A stretch of 63,917 nt of DNA, counting the filler, from Rhabdomonas costata (taxonomy: Eukaryota): the NCBI GenBank assembly GCA_019059605.1. It is 43 parts of 43 records of this genome, joined end to end, with 100 filler letters (N's around TTAATTAATTAA, not from the genome) between each part and the next. Parts side by side here need not be neighbours in the genome. Positions count along the whole stretch, not along the records: positions 10,418 to 11,805 come from JAHMHO010017421.1; positions 11,906 to 13,293 come from JAHMHO010017422.1; positions 13,394 to 14,781 come from JAHMHO010017423.1; positions 14,882 to 16,269 come from JAHMHO010017424.1; positions 16,370 to 17,757 come from JAHMHO010017425.1; positions 17,858 to 19,245 come from JAHMHO010017426.1; positions 19,346 to 20,733 come from JAHMHO010017427.1; positions 20,834 to 22,221 come from JAHMHO010017428.1; 35 more parts are not named here. One strand, given 5' to 3'. Positions within the stretch are counted from its first letter, which is position 1, and each line of letters opens with the position of its first letter. The position numbers and the translations under genes were made by a program. A model generated the notes under the pieces. That model had not been told where the DNA came from. It did not search any database and worked only from the letters and a program-made list of their open reading frames with translations. This document shows, piece by piece, positions 11,736 to 24,977 of this stretch.

Positions 11736-14700
11736 GTCCCAAGGGCCTCCCACCAACCCTCTCTCTCTCCGCCTCGCTGCTGTTGAGCAAGTTTTCACCA
11801 CCTCCNNNNNNNNNNNNNNNNNNNNNNNNNNNNNNNNNNNNNNNNNNNNTTAATTAATTAANNNNNNNNNNNNNNNNNNNNNNNNNNNNNNNNNNNNNNN
11901 NNNNNGTTGTGGGGGTGTAAAGGGCTGTATGTCAGAGTTCAAAACGTTCGAGGAGCGAGGGGAGGACCTTCCATTGTTTGACTATCGCACGAAAGACGCA
12001 CGAAAGACGGAACCTGTGGTGCGCATGTCGGAAAAAAGTGACACCGGTGTTGGCTTTTGAGCGTACTACCCACTATCATTCGTGGTAAGGAACGACTTTC
12101 ACTTCCACGCTTGATGAGTGTGGGTTCCACTCAGTTTTGATGCACAGCGCGTTGACTGATTCAAAATCAAAGTGCGTGCATTGCCCAGCATAGCATGCCA
12201 TTGCGCAGCAATACTGCCGCTAAGGTTGAGGTTCTGGGAATACGAGACAAAGTAATGCTTCGCGATGTACCTATGACATTGTCGGTTATGTGCTGCACTT
12301 TTGCACGCGCACGCGCGCACAGTTCCTCCGCGGCCGATCTGACACCGCTTCGCCTCGGGGCGCTTAGAAGAACCTTGTTGCACATCTGACTTCCTTGTTG
12401 TGTGTTTTTGCCGCATTGAGCAGAGCCATTGCGCGGAACCCTTCCCTCAGCAATTTGGGTACTGCAGAATCGAAACTCAAACGGTTCAATGAACCTTCTC
12501 TGGCGTGAGGCCCTGAAATCAGGGATGCCTTTACTCCTGCCTTTTTCTAACAGGAAGCAGAAAACGTGCCCGAAGGAGGTAACACGTCGTTCTTGCAACC
12601 CAGGTCCACGCCGAAGCATAAGCCCTTCTTCTATGCCGTTGTCGGCTCCATCCGTTCCTGCTGCCGAGGTCGCAAACGCTGAGCAATCGCCGACTTTCCG
12701 ATCCAGGGGCCAAAGCCCCAAGATACGAACAACCCGGCCAGCAGCACGAGAGGAAGATAAAGAAGGCCACAATCGACGCTCGCCAGCTCTTGCGGCATCC
12801 CCAACAAACCATGGGGAGTGGTATTTCCGCGCCTCAAAACGCTTTCCCCGTAAACCGTGTTGACGCTGTTGCCCATCTGAACTCCGCTTTCAGTGCCTCG
12901 CGCCGCAGAGCAAGGGGGGCATCTCAAGCCGAACACAGTGGAGGGCGACCGCCTACTAGAGCCAAAGGCCCGGGCGTTAGGTTCCGACGGTGTGCGCCGC
13001 ACCGTTTTAAATGGCATTGGTCGCGTGGCAAGCGCCGAACGGCATGTCCTGGGGGGCCATTGGTGGGTTAACGCCCCACCTTATTTGGGTCGGTACCCGA
13101 GAAAGCATGCCCAAACCATATGATGAATGAAATTCCAGTACCAAAACACCCATACCCATCAGAAGCCGGAACGCCAAAATACCAAATTTTGAAAGCGACA
13201 ATTGGGGTCCACACAGCAAAAATCCACAACACTTTCTTCTGCAAGAACAAGCGCCGAAAAAAGCCGGAACACCCCGCTTCCAACACTCTGGGTNNNNNNN
13301 NNNNNNNNNNNNNNNNNNNNNNNNNNNNNNNNNNNNNTTAATTAATTAANNNNNNNNNNNNNNNNNNNNNNNNNNNNNNNNNNNNNNNNNNNNTAGGGTG
13401 GGGGGACGAACACTGCATGGGAAATTCATTCGTGCAGCATGGCAGCACTTGAATGGAAGGTACTGCGAAGAGGCGAAGGCCCTACGGCCGACGGGGCCAA
13501 AGGACGGAGACTGTGGGGTCGGCGACAAAACCTCTCCGTTAAACTCTTAAACCCTCGGTGCGAGAGATTGGTTGCTGTCTGTTCGGGGGCCAGGGTACCA
13601 GTACAAGTTCAACTGTTATTAAAAAGTAGGGAATGGTCCAGAGGTGGATACGGGATTGGACGGTAATGCTCCAATGCGGTGAGAGGGCGATGCAAGTGTC
13701 CCTAGGATTCGATTCGAAAGAAGATTTTGCATGGGATTGTAGGGCGGAGTATGGCTCCAGAAACGCAAAATGATTCCACATTGTTCAGGATGTTCGGCAA
13801 CGCTACGCGGCCCGAGACCCTGGGTGTTTAAGGCTCGACAACTTAATATGTTTGGAATAATACCGAATAGAACCGGCATCACCGGTGCCAAGAATTTTTC
13901 CTCCCCCCAACACACACATACTACTTTACTTGACTGGATTGGAAGGGTATCAAGGAACCTTAAAGATGCGAAGATTAACTAATGCACAGCTGCAGTCCTG
14001 TATGCAACCATTGACGCTCCAGTGCTCCAGTGCAATGCATCTTACTGCCCTCAACGTCTCCAAGAGTGGGTTTGGTGCGTGACGTTTTGGGGTGGGTGAA
14101 GGGAACCAAGTAAACACTGCATCTTCCCAACTCCACCGCAAACAGGGAAGACGTTCGCCCAGAGAGCAATTTAAAAAAAAGCAGGAAAGTGGGTCCTCCT
14201 CCATGCAGGAGGCAAGGCCAAATTCAGAGTAACCATTTCCAAGGCATGCACGAACGAACGGCATGCAAACAGGTCCTGAAGCGCTCGTTCAGGACACGCT
14301 AGCGGGGTCCTCCCCGCCGTGCTGCTGCTGGTGCTGTTGCTGGGCGCACTGGCGCCGCAGTTTGGCCTCCCTCTCGCACCCCGCAAAGTACTCCTGCTCC
14401 ACGCGCCGTAGAACGCACTCCATTCGCAACCTTACATCCACACAGCCACAGAGTGAATGGAGCATCAGCGAAAGACAAGATGATTGGAAAGAGAGAGAGA
14501 GAGATAGGGCGCTCGACAAAAGGTTGAGCTCAAATGAAGATCGCCTTCAGCGAGGGCCCAGACACACAAATTCATTCAGAGAGTCACAGCCAGGCCTACA
14601 TAGTGGTCTTCCAATACCTATGGCGGTCAAAAAGCCTAATTCCTCCCGAAAAAACCCTGCTTGTACCTTGGGACCCTAAGCGTGCTGAACCAACAATCCT

Positions 14701-16787
14701 AATCTGCACCATTGTCATTAGTTTCACCAAAAGGAGCACCTGCACCCAATTCGGTGGAATCAGCGGTGGCACCCAAAACAANNNNNNNNNNNNNNNNNNN
14801 NNNNNNNNNNNNNNNNNNNNNNNNNTTAATTAATTAANNNNNNNNNNNNNNNNNNNNNNNNNNNNNNNNNNNNNNNNNNNNGTTGTGGTGGTGACTTATT
14901 TCGAGGCTCCTTCCTTCTCTTTAGAATTTCGAGGCGGGTCGACATCTCTCTGCCTCGAAATTCTAAAGAGAAGGAAGGAGCCTCGAAATAAGTCACCATC
15001 ACTTCACCACCACTCAAGCCCACTCATGCCCTCCCGCCTTCCAAGCGCAGGCTGGTAATGAGAGGGGAGATGAGCAGAAACCTCCTGAAACTTCGAGGCG
15101 TGGCCAAGAAACCGCAACGCCCTTTGCAGCACAGTGCGGTACTCCACACATAACAGATTCGCTGGACACGTCAGCAACAGGCTGTGCGAAAACCTGTGAA
15201 GAGAGTAACAGGGGGTAATTCACCCCCCCTTGGCACAAAACGGCCGGCACCACAGAACATCGCCCTAGACATGAGACATACGCCGTACAGAACCGTCCTG
15301 ACACGTTTTCTACATCGAAAAATACCCACTCAACGAGCGCAGGCACACTTTAAAACCATTTAGAGGATGCTGGGACACTTCATTTGTGTCCTTTTCAATC
15401 AAAAATCCTCTAAATGAAATTCTTGGCTACCAGTGGGAACCGTAACCAATCCCGCCACCCCAAATCAGGTGGTGAAGAAACAAGAACCCGCACCCTTTGG
15501 CACGTTTCTAACTCGAATCCCACGAACCGGCCGGTTGCTGCACGCTCTTTTTGAAAACACTTATTCTTGAAAACACTTATGTGGTTTGAAATCCTTTCAG
15601 TACCGCTTCCGACCGAAGGACCATAGGTATTGAACAGGGTTGCAGTGACATCAGAATTCGATGTGGGGCTCAATGGTCAATTCAAAGTTGAGTGTCACAA
15701 CCGTAACAGAAATAAAAACTCAAACATTTACATAACTGGGCCATACTTCAGGTTCATAAGTTCAGAGTTTAACGTTCAACGTGACGAGGTCGAGTTCAAT
15801 AAAGTTCAAGGTGGGGTAGTTCAATTCAAAGTTCAATGCAACCCTGCTTAAGATGAGCAGCTGAATCTTTTTTCAGTGCACTGCTTAACTTTCCGCAGAA
15901 CTTTTGCTTGCTAATAATCTTAATAGTAATGTGCCTTATTCCTTGAATGAATGAAAGCCGCTCTTGCGGAGGGATTGACCCACACAGGCCTTCGACAAAG
16001 TCAGCTAGGAACTGCTCTGGCACGCACTCAGCCTCAGCGCCTCAGTGGGACAAAGGACCTCTTAGCCCTCTCGAGCATTGCCAAAATGTTAAAATGTTCG
16101 TAGCACATGTTGTGTTTCACAATCATCTTACTCAGGTTTTTAAAAACCATAGCAAACGCCACGGCGACACGGCCAACAGCCAACAGCAGTTTTTTGTGAG
16201 GACGTCAACCCGCAGTGCGCCGACATGGGGGTGGAGGTGTCGGCCTGAGACCAACCTGTGGTACTGCGCNNNNNNNNNNNNNNNNNNNNNNNNNNNNNNN
16301 NNNNNNNNNNNNNTTAATTAATTAANNNNNNNNNNNNNNNNNNNNNNNNNNNNNNNNNNNNNNNNNNNNTGGTGGGACGGCGTTAAATGGTATTACGCCG
16401 TATATATCCGGTAAAATAGCGCTATACGGTATACCGTATAGCGCTATTTTACCGGATATATACGGCGTAATACCATTTAACGCCGTCCCCCCTCCAATAG
16501 ACCGGACCCAGATCCTGTCTGCGACGGTAAAAACTGCAAGAACGATGATGATAAGAACATTTCGCCTTGCAAAATTGCCTTTCTTTGTGTTTCATCCCTC
16601 TGTCCTGCAACCCTCGGTAATAAGCACAAAAATACCAGCAGAAAGAAACGTGCGTCCAATCAAGAGAATTTGGGCATTACTCTCAGCAGGTATACCCGGT
16701 GTGTGTACGTTTCTCTATGCACAATCGACAGTTAGTGGAAAAAAGTACAACGCTGTGCACATTTCCTGTATAATTTGCGGGCGGCAT

Positions 16788-17633
16788 CTAGCTGTGACGA
16801 CCGCAGGGTTGCGGCTTCCCTTTGGAGTACTTCAGCGTCAGCATATCCCCGACCTCGTCCATGGCATCGAGAACCTGAACAGATTGACAGAACACAATGC
16901 TCCTTCCACTTCCACTTTTTGAGGCCAACGAAAAAACCAACACCACAGTAACCCTTACCCGTATCTGAAATGCAGCGGCACAAGGCGTTGTTGACGTATG
17001 CCAAACCCACCCTCACACAAAAACTGAATTGTGCGGATGGACTGGGCAGAGTTGATGGGGGGATGCGATGATCCAGCGTGTTCTGTCGCCTCCCCACTGG
17101 CGGCGTGCGTGGCCTCGCACGGATTTCAGATTTCGGATGCCCCCCCACACACAAACACACAATGGCTTAAACCTGAACCAGCTGCTCACGGGTGTGCGCC
17201 GCGCTGAGACAGAAGCGAACTCGTGGCTCCATCACAGGGCAGGCAGGGTACCCCACCATGACAACCGCCACCTGAGCACACCCAGGCAACGCAGACAGCC
17301 GACAGTCGCCCCATTGTGGGTGTGCATCACATACACATAAGTACAATCCCAATGAACAAACCACAAACTCCTGTATTTCTTTCTCGCGCGCGCGCACACG
17401 CACGCACACACACGCACCCCTCGCTTGAGGCACTCCCGGGACACCGCGACAATCTTTGTAGGGACGTAAACCAGCACGATCACCACGGGGCTGGCGGGGT
17501 CCCCTTTCACGGTGAAACCTAAGTCAATCAGCCCGCGGCGTAGGAACTCGGAGTTGGCTTTCAGTGTGGCCAGGCGCCTGGCCCCGGTGTCCGTGCCATC
17601 CTCACCGCAGATCACTTTAAGTGCAGAAATAAC
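16788..17633 (-). CDS. LCB2: Serine palmitoyltransferase LCB2/SPTLC2, last three exons (17633-17418, 17271-17173, 16874-16788)
   Basis: VISALKVICGEDGT..GARRLATLKANS..GF.VKGDPASPV..KIVAVSRECLKRG | VAVVMVGYPA..RVRFCLSAAHTREQL | VLDAMDEVGDMLTLKYS...stop; all phase-0 GT-AG. Confidence 0.93.
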
Positions 17634-18539
17634 CTGTGCGCGCGCGAAAGAGATGACAGGAACTGCAAATAGCACACGGAGAATTAGCATGCTTCTCCTG
17701 TGAAAATACATAACGGATCCCTTTTACCTGTCACCCGTTTTGCTGTCACCACCAACANNNNNNNNNNNNNNNNNNNNNNNNNNNNNNNNNNNNNNNNNNN
17801 NTTAATTAATTAANNNNNNNNNNNNNNNNNNNNNNNNNNNNNNNNNNNNNNNNNNNNACCTGCAGTCTACTCCCGGGCAGCCCCACACTGCGGGCAGAAG
17901 CGGGCGTTGGACTGCCGGAACCTCTGCGCGAATGCGAAGGGCAAAATTAACTTTTGTTTGTGCAGAAATGAATCGAAGTGAATGTAACTCGGGCGATTTG
18001 TGGTGCAACAATGCTTGCACTGAAGGCCTTAGGGTTTTCGGACACACGCTGTGTGATCGGTCATTGGGGGGGTTTCTGACACGTCCCCCTCCCGTTATGG
18101 TGCCCCTTTGGAACACCTTCTTGCACGCTTCTTGTCCCACGGAACAGAGGGCTTACCGAAGACACCCACAACGTGTTTAAACAAGATGTGTCCTTGCCCT
18201 CTGCCTTTACTCCGCCACCAACACAGCGACTGACACACAAAAGAAGCACATATAGCACAAGGCACGATTACATGAATGCTTTTCCTCACAAACCGCAGCC
18301 ACCTCACCTCTCCAGAGTTACCACCCCCCGATCATTGAAAACACACTGGACATTGAACAACAGCTGTTTTCGAATGTGAACGATCAGGTCGCAGTGCTTG
18401 AAAACGGACCTCCGGGAGAAATGCCGATCTTTTCAAAAACGCACAGACAGGGAACATATCCATCCTTTCCACTTCTTGGGCAAAATGTACAACCACAACC
18501 ACATTTACACACATACACACACAGGCAAACGGGGGGTAC

Positions 18540-18670
18540 CTCTCCGCAGTTCACGCAGAACTTCGAGGCCCTCGTGACGGTGGCGCTGCCGCTCTCCACC
18601 GATGGCCGCGTCGACGGTGTGGTACTGGCCACAACAGTGGCCGCCGCTCCCACTCCAACGTCCCCGAAGC
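18540..18670 (-). CDS. Exon ending in a zinc-ribbon half-site
   Basis: Low-complexity linker then ASKFCVNCGE |gtaccc; KFCxxCG is typical of double zinc ribbon repeats. Confidence 0.5.
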
Positions 18671-19615
18671 CTAAGGCAAGGGAAGGAGAGAAAGGTCCGA
18701 AGGACTGATGAGAACTTGCCACCAAAAACACTGATACGAGAGGGGGATGTTCAGCTTTGGGTTTCGGCACAAAGCTTGCAATAAAAGGTGGACACGCACA
18801 AGCTTTTCACGAGGCTTCACACGCATCAGAAGTGCAGACTATGTGAAGTGTGACGTCGATGCGACAAAGTGGGCACGCATCGAGGGCACAGACCACAAGT
18901 TAGAACCCAGCCAATGATTAAGGCAGTATATGGTCACCGGAAGGTGTATGTGAATGATGCATATTGCACCACCACAGTATATATACCTCATCATCCGGAA
19001 AGCTTGACGCCATACACACATCCCAGTACGCACCTGTTCCAAGTGTTCCTGTAGCTGGGCTACCGGGTGCACGTGTGTCACTGAAAATGCGAACCCAACA
19101 CAGCACCAGCACAAGAAACCGAAATAAAACCAGCGATAAGGAAAAGGGCACCTTTTCCTGGGCGCCGGACGCCCCGAGGAGATCGAATCACACTGCCACC
19201 GGCACCGCTACTCACCCCCGAGGGCGGGGGCGTGCCCGTGCCCACNNNNNNNNNNNNNNNNNNNNNNNNNNNNNNNNNNNNNNNNNNNNTTAATTAATTA
19301 ANNNNNNNNNNNNNNNNNNNNNNNNNNNNNNNNNNNNNNNNNNNNTGTGGGTTGTTGTTGCCCTGGTCTGTTATGGTCTGTTCCAAGTGTAAGCATGTTA
19401 CGCTAGGGTAGGTCACTCAGCGAATAGGGTAAGGGCCTTGCATTTGGGGTGAGACCCCCAATGATTGGTGAGGGTCCGGAGGCCTGAAGAGCACGATAAG
19501 CCCATCTGGATGGACCCAAAACATCTATGGAATTCAAAGAACCGATAGGTGTAAACACGAGCCGAACCGGAAAAACCAGATCACCACCACCCGAAGCCAC
19601 ACAACGCCCGCAGAC

Positions 19616-20158
19616 CTGCTGAACGCTGTCGGCCTGCTCCTGCGAGGTGCCGTGCCTCTGGGGCTGCTTGCGAACGATCTTCGCAGCATAAGTCTGATTG
19701 CTTTTGTTGCAGACCACCAGCTTGATCTTACCATAGGCCCCTCGTCCTGCACGGGAAGAGGGTGCGACCCCTGACAGGAACAGGACAGCAAAGCTCTGAG
19801 ACTCCGCAAAAGTACCGAACTCGCTGTGGTGCTAAAAGTATTACGCAAACAACAAACCAGCACGTGAAGGTTGTGGAGGACAAAAAAAAGACGCAACGAT
19901 GATGCGCATGCAAGTCCACGCCGAGCTTCAGTCCCCACCCCCCCACACACACGCAGTGGTCGCGGTCACCAACAACTTAGTCAACCAGGCAACAGCCAGC
20001 GCGCAGTGCGCCCAGGACAGGCATCTTTTCAGCTGGGGGGGGGTAACCTGTACCAGTACCTGAACTCGTTTCCATATAAGCCCCTTAGGCCCCCACGTTC
20101 CCGCCCTGGTCACAGGCTCTTGCTGCGTCCAGGCGCTGGCCTCCATCCTTGAATCCAT
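19616..20158 (-). CDS. Ser/Thr protein kinase N-lobe (MAP3K/STE11-like), exons ~20158-20054 and ~19747-19616
   Basis: WKRVQVL + GRGAYGKIKLVVCNKSNQTYAAKIV gives the glycine loop and subdomain II Lys. Second exon ends CAG|gtctgc. The first junction is irregular (see findings). Confidence 0.8.
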
Positions 20159-21483
20159 GCTTCCTGTTTCCCATTTGCCAGTGTTTTGGGTCTCCGCTGC
20201 CGAATCACTGATGTTGTATCATTGCTGATTCTATCCGTATTCTTTATATCGCGGTTAAAGTTTCCACCTTCCTTGCCCTCACAGGAAATGCTGAACCGCC
20301 TCTTCCGTGCACACTCCGAGGTTTTGTTTGGGGTCGTATTGTATTGCAGGGGTCTTCTGTTCTCATTTGTTTTCGATGCCTCTCCCTTTTCCCTGGGTCC
20401 CTTTTGGGAGATGTCGTGTGAATCTGACTATTTAAATATTTCGGGCTCTGCCCGGTCGCACCAGCCATGCCGACAGTCCCTTATGTGCAGGATCACTTTG
20501 GGCGGGTGGGCGCTGTGGTTCCTTTGGATGCAGACTTTTTATCCCCGCTGAAGTGCCGTGAATTCCTAATCTCCTAAGGCTCACCCTCGTCCTCTACCTT
20601 TTCGTATGCCTCTCTTTGGACGCTGAATTCGAGTTTGACAGAGGCAGCCACACCGGTAAACCGTCGAAGCATGTATGTTTGTACACACACAGCATAACCA
20701 GTATGTTTGGTTACCTCCCTCCACAACCCAACCNNNNNNNNNNNNNNNNNNNNNNNNNNNNNNNNNNNNNNNNNNNNTTAATTAATTAANNNNNNNNNNN
20801 NNNNNNNNNNNNNNNNNNNNNNNNNNNNNNNNNTGTTGTTGGTAGGCCTCCGTTTATAGCCGTTTATAGCCGCAGAGACAATGATTCAGGAAGGGACTTC
20901 AGGCAGTTTAACAACAAGATAATCAGTATTCTTTTTTTATGAAGCGTGGACATACGCGTACGACGGAACAGAAGTGAAGCTTCGCAAACTCCTATACGGG
21001 CTACACCGGTGATGTCCGAGTTCTATGTGATTTTGGCGTGAACATGTTTCCAAACCTTTGCGGTTCGTTGCGCCAGCACCTTTAGGCGTGCGCGTCCTTG
21101 AATGCTCTCTGATACAGCGCCGTGGAGAGACCTTCCGTCTGGACCCCAACACGTGAACTTCTTTTCAGATAGGAAGGATAATTGCAGTCAAGTCGTGTGT
21201 GTTTTCAGAGTGATGGTCTTCTAGCGGGATGTCATGGAGTGGGCACCATTGCTTTGCGTCATAACGCAATCATTTGCTTTCGAGTGATTTTGGAGTTAGT
21301 AGCCAGATGGCGGAGTTTATGAAACTCTAAGTCTTGTTATGAACACGTGGAGATGATGGTAGGTCTCCACACCTGAGAGGGCTTGTTGGATCTCACTGTG
21401 GGGGCAAAACTTGATTGTAACTTCAGTAGAGATGAAGGCAATCTTTTGGGGTTGATCGCTGAGGGCGCGTGTTCTGTTGATAG

Positions 21484-22076
21484 GAGCACCAGGCTGTGGA
21501 AGAGCTGCGGGCGCAGGCCCAGGCGAGCTATGACGATCTCCTGAAACAGCTGCAGGCCCAGCACGAGCAGAAGGCTGCGGAGCTGGCCCGCGAGCACGGC
21601 GAGATGACCAAGACCAAGGCCTCCCTCGTTAGGGTTTGGACCCCCCCCCCCTTGCATTCCAACCTAACTTCCGACACAGGTCCATGTTGCTGGCAGTGCC
21701 ATATCCCCGTTTATTTGGTCCGCAAGGTCCCAAACCAGAACCAGAAAGCTCCAGCTGTCAGTATTTCACGTAATGACCACTTGCACTGTTGTTTTATTAG
21801 TTGCCCGTGCCTTCGAGCAGAAGTTTGAAGGCGACCACCAACACCACCCAAACTTGGCAGCTCATCGTCGCTCGCTCACATTGCCCCCAAGACTTACCTC
21901 TCCTAACTGGCTCACCCCCTGTACCACAGGAGAAGGAGGAACTTCAGGTGAAGCGGGAGGCCCACGACGGGGCCGTGGGGAAAGTCCAGGAGGCCACCCA
22001 GCAGCTCGAAGTGCAGCGGCAGCAGCTCGAGAAGGACCGCGCCATGCTGGCCGCAGCACGGGCGGACGCTGAGCGG
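21484..22076 (+). CDS. Coiled-coil protein, two exons (21484-21633, 21930-22076)
   Basis: E/Q/K/A-rich heptads (EELRAQAQASYDDLLKQLQ; EKEELQVKRE..QQLEVQRQQLEK), phase-0 GT-AG. Confidence 0.75.
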
Positions 22077-22765
22077 GTCTCCCCCATACCACGCACCCCA
22101 CCTCCTACTTGCACTCTTTGCAGGGACCACCGTTCCCGGAAACTTCATATAAAACCTTTGGGGTACCCTCGTGGCACGGGCGGACGCTGAGCGGGTCTCC
22201 CCCATACCACGCACAACCCCCNNNNNNNNNNNNNNNNNNNNNNNNNNNNNNNNNNNNNNNNNNNNTTAATTAATTAANNNNNNNNNNNNNNNNNNNNNNN
22301 NNNNNNNNNNNNNNNNNNNNNTTTGTGTGTTAGAAGAGAGTCTTTGGACAGAACAGTCTCCGTCGCCACCACGATCACACCCCAAATCTAATTCACGGAG
22401 GCAATGACCCCCCCCTCCCATTCCCTCCTCAAGCGACGACTCCACAAACGGGACCACTCCAAGGTCCAAAGTGTTAGAAGGGTGGATTCTGTTTTTTTGA
22501 ACGAACCACGAAACCATGAGGGCTGAGGGCCCATCATTGAGGTGTTGACTCTCCTCCAGGCCTTTTTTTTGTCATTATATCTCAGCAGGTAGCCAGAAGA
22601 GAGAGAGAGAGAGAGAGAGAGGCGCTGTTCTGGCCGAGGCTACACTGGGACTATGTGTCCGCACAGTGTTTCCGGGGCTTGTATTTACGTGCGGTTGAGG
22701 CACATAGTGCATACAGAGTGTACAAAAACGAAAAAAACTGTCGCAGGTGGTGGGGGAGTCCACAC

Positions 22766-23245
22766 CCTGCGGTAGGCCTCGTTCTCGTCCTTAAGGTCCT
22801 CGACGATCTTGGTGATGATCTCCGTGGCCCCGACCTTGTTGGCGATCCCCACGGTGGTGTCAACCAGCTGGCGGTAGTTGCGGCGGTCCAGAGCCATCCG
22901 CTTCACCCAGAAGTTCTTGAAGTATGGCGGTAGGATCTCATCCTTGACGTAATTCCTGGGAACAGAAAGATAACGAAAACAGCCCTCAAAATGCTGAGCT
23001 TTTCTCCCTCGACTGAATGCTCCCATATCATCAAATTCATCAAGTCAAGCGCAGGCCAAGCTGCAGGGCTCTGATCCGCGCAAGAGTTGGCTTACCAGTA
23101 GAGCCAAAAAGGCGAGTGGGCGAGGGAGAGACAGAGAGCGAGAAAGCAGGAGAAAGAGGTTCGCAGCATACTTCTCCACACCCTCCGTGGATACGCACTG
23201 TTTCACCACCTTCAGCACAATCTTTTTCATCTCTTCGTCCGGACT
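22766..23245 (-). CDS. SF3B1: Splicing factor 3B subunit 1, two exons (23245-23172, 22955-22766)
   Basis: [25 protein letters not shown] | [63 protein letters not shown], a highly conserved HEAT region; GT-AG. Confidence 0.97.
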
Positions 23246-24147
23246 CTGAACAATTACATATACTGCAGGGGTCCACACATACAACCACACGCACACACTT
23301 GTGCGCAAACAGTGAGCAAGACAGAAAACTGACCCACCCTGCTTGCTTCAGAGTGACAATCCTGTCCTGCCGCTTTATTGCGCACGGTTGGCATCCTGAA
23401 GAATCTTTGCTCGGTGATGCTGTTTTGTTCCTGGGGTGGAGTGAAAACCGTCAGAGAAAAATGAAACCTGTCGCTCAATAATGGAAGGGCCCTTCGGGAG
23501 AAAGATCCAGCGCAACGCACGGATAAGTCAACATCTACCCAGCTCACCCCATTCCCATCCTTCTGGCGACCTCTGAGGGCGCTTTGGCATGCGGGCAGTG
23601 GTCAGTGTGTGAAAATATGTGCGGGTGGGGTGAGGATAGGGGTGCGAAAAAAGCAAAAGTCCTCAACGCTGCGGGGTTCACTACTACCCCTGTGCATGAA
23701 ACCACAAACNNNNNNNNNNNNNNNNNNNNNNNNNNNNNNNNNNNNNNNNNNNNTTAATTAATTAANNNNNNNNNNNNNNNNNNNNNNNNNNNNNNNNNNN
23801 NNNNNNNNNGCTCGTTGTGAATTGCGGATTTTGGGTGTGTGATTGAGAGAGGTGAGATGTTACCACGTACTTCCTGCTACGAGTTGTCCAAAGATTCATG
23901 GACGAGCCCGTTACACCAGTAGCCGCTACCGGTGGTGCCTCAGTTCCTTCCATCACGTAAATTGCGATGCATGCCCGCATGAATGAACGCAGAATCTTCT
24001 CGCCCCACCTACCGATGCATCTCGGGGCACCTAGAAGAGGCTCCTAGCCCACTCAGCGTCGATCGGGTGTGGTTGATCATGCCCCTCGCTTATGCTCGTG
24101 CCCTTCGCTTTCTCGCACCGAAACTGTCTGTTGCGGTCGCATTGCAG

Positions 24148-24977
24148 AGCAGCAGCGCTTGAGCTTTGCCAGGCTGTTCTTCCACAAGCCGCGGTTCTGC
24201 CTCATGGACGAAGCCACGTCCTGCATGGACATGCACATGGTGTGCATCTCTGTGTTCTCTGGGTGCCCTGCCGCGTGACCACCCCCCACTGCCTTTTGGA
24301 ATCAGACGGGGAGTCTCTTCCTTGGTATCGTTTTCTTGTGGTCCGAGGGAGGAGTGGCTGCGGGCTACCGGGTGACCGCTCCTTTTCTCCCGAGGCCGCA
24401 TGGGCGAATAGTGGAGCTCACACCTGTGTAATCTACCCTTCTACACATCAAAAAGAAGATACGCCGGGGAACGGGTGAACCAGAGCCGTTTGGAACGGTC
24501 TTTGCACGCACGGAGGCTCAATCGCTCGTCCACGCAACTCACACGCAAAGCTTAGAAACACCCCGAAGCTGAGAATTCAGCATTGACATTTCGAACAGAA
24601 GTCTTTCTGGCCTATACTTTTGCCGCTGGGTGTTCCCAAAGTCCGGTAATATGCGTTGTTGAAGACTCACGGATCGTGGGGTAGCCAGTCGGGGTAGCTT
24701 ATCGGTTGGGACTACTTATTGGGGATCCCGGTGAGTTGGGTTTTTGGGAGATGCGCCTGCTATTAACTTGCTTTCCCAAAACCCAAAGGAGAACAAGTGC
24801 CTCCGAAAATGTGCCGAGATGGGGATCACCTTGATCTCCGTGGCGCACCGGCCCTCAGTGATCCCGCACCACGAGTTCGTGTTCCAGTTCAACTCCGAGC
24901 AGCGCGTTTGGGACCTCGTCCCGGCCTCTCAGGTGGAGACCTCCACGGGACTGCACGGCGATGAGGAGGCCGTGGAG
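24148..24977 (+). CDS. ABC transporter subfamily D nucleotide-binding domain, exons 24148-24239 and 24789-24977
   Basis: EQQRLSFARLFFHKPRFCLMDEATSCMD (post-signature, Walker B) and GITLISVAHRPS (H-loop), characteristic of ABCD. Confidence 0.9.

Noticed and set aside
11906-13293. Overlapping 100-200 aa ORFs, possible transposon remnant (also 4466-5853, 50623-51480, 61044-62000)
   Set aside because: No RT, integrase, transposase or other motif recognised; a Dfam/Repbase or tBLASTx search would be needed.
14886-15003. Long inverted repeat resembling a MITE or structured RNA
   Set aside because: Begins at the contig start after a G/T tail; same pattern as other terminal fold-backs, so likely an amplification chimera.
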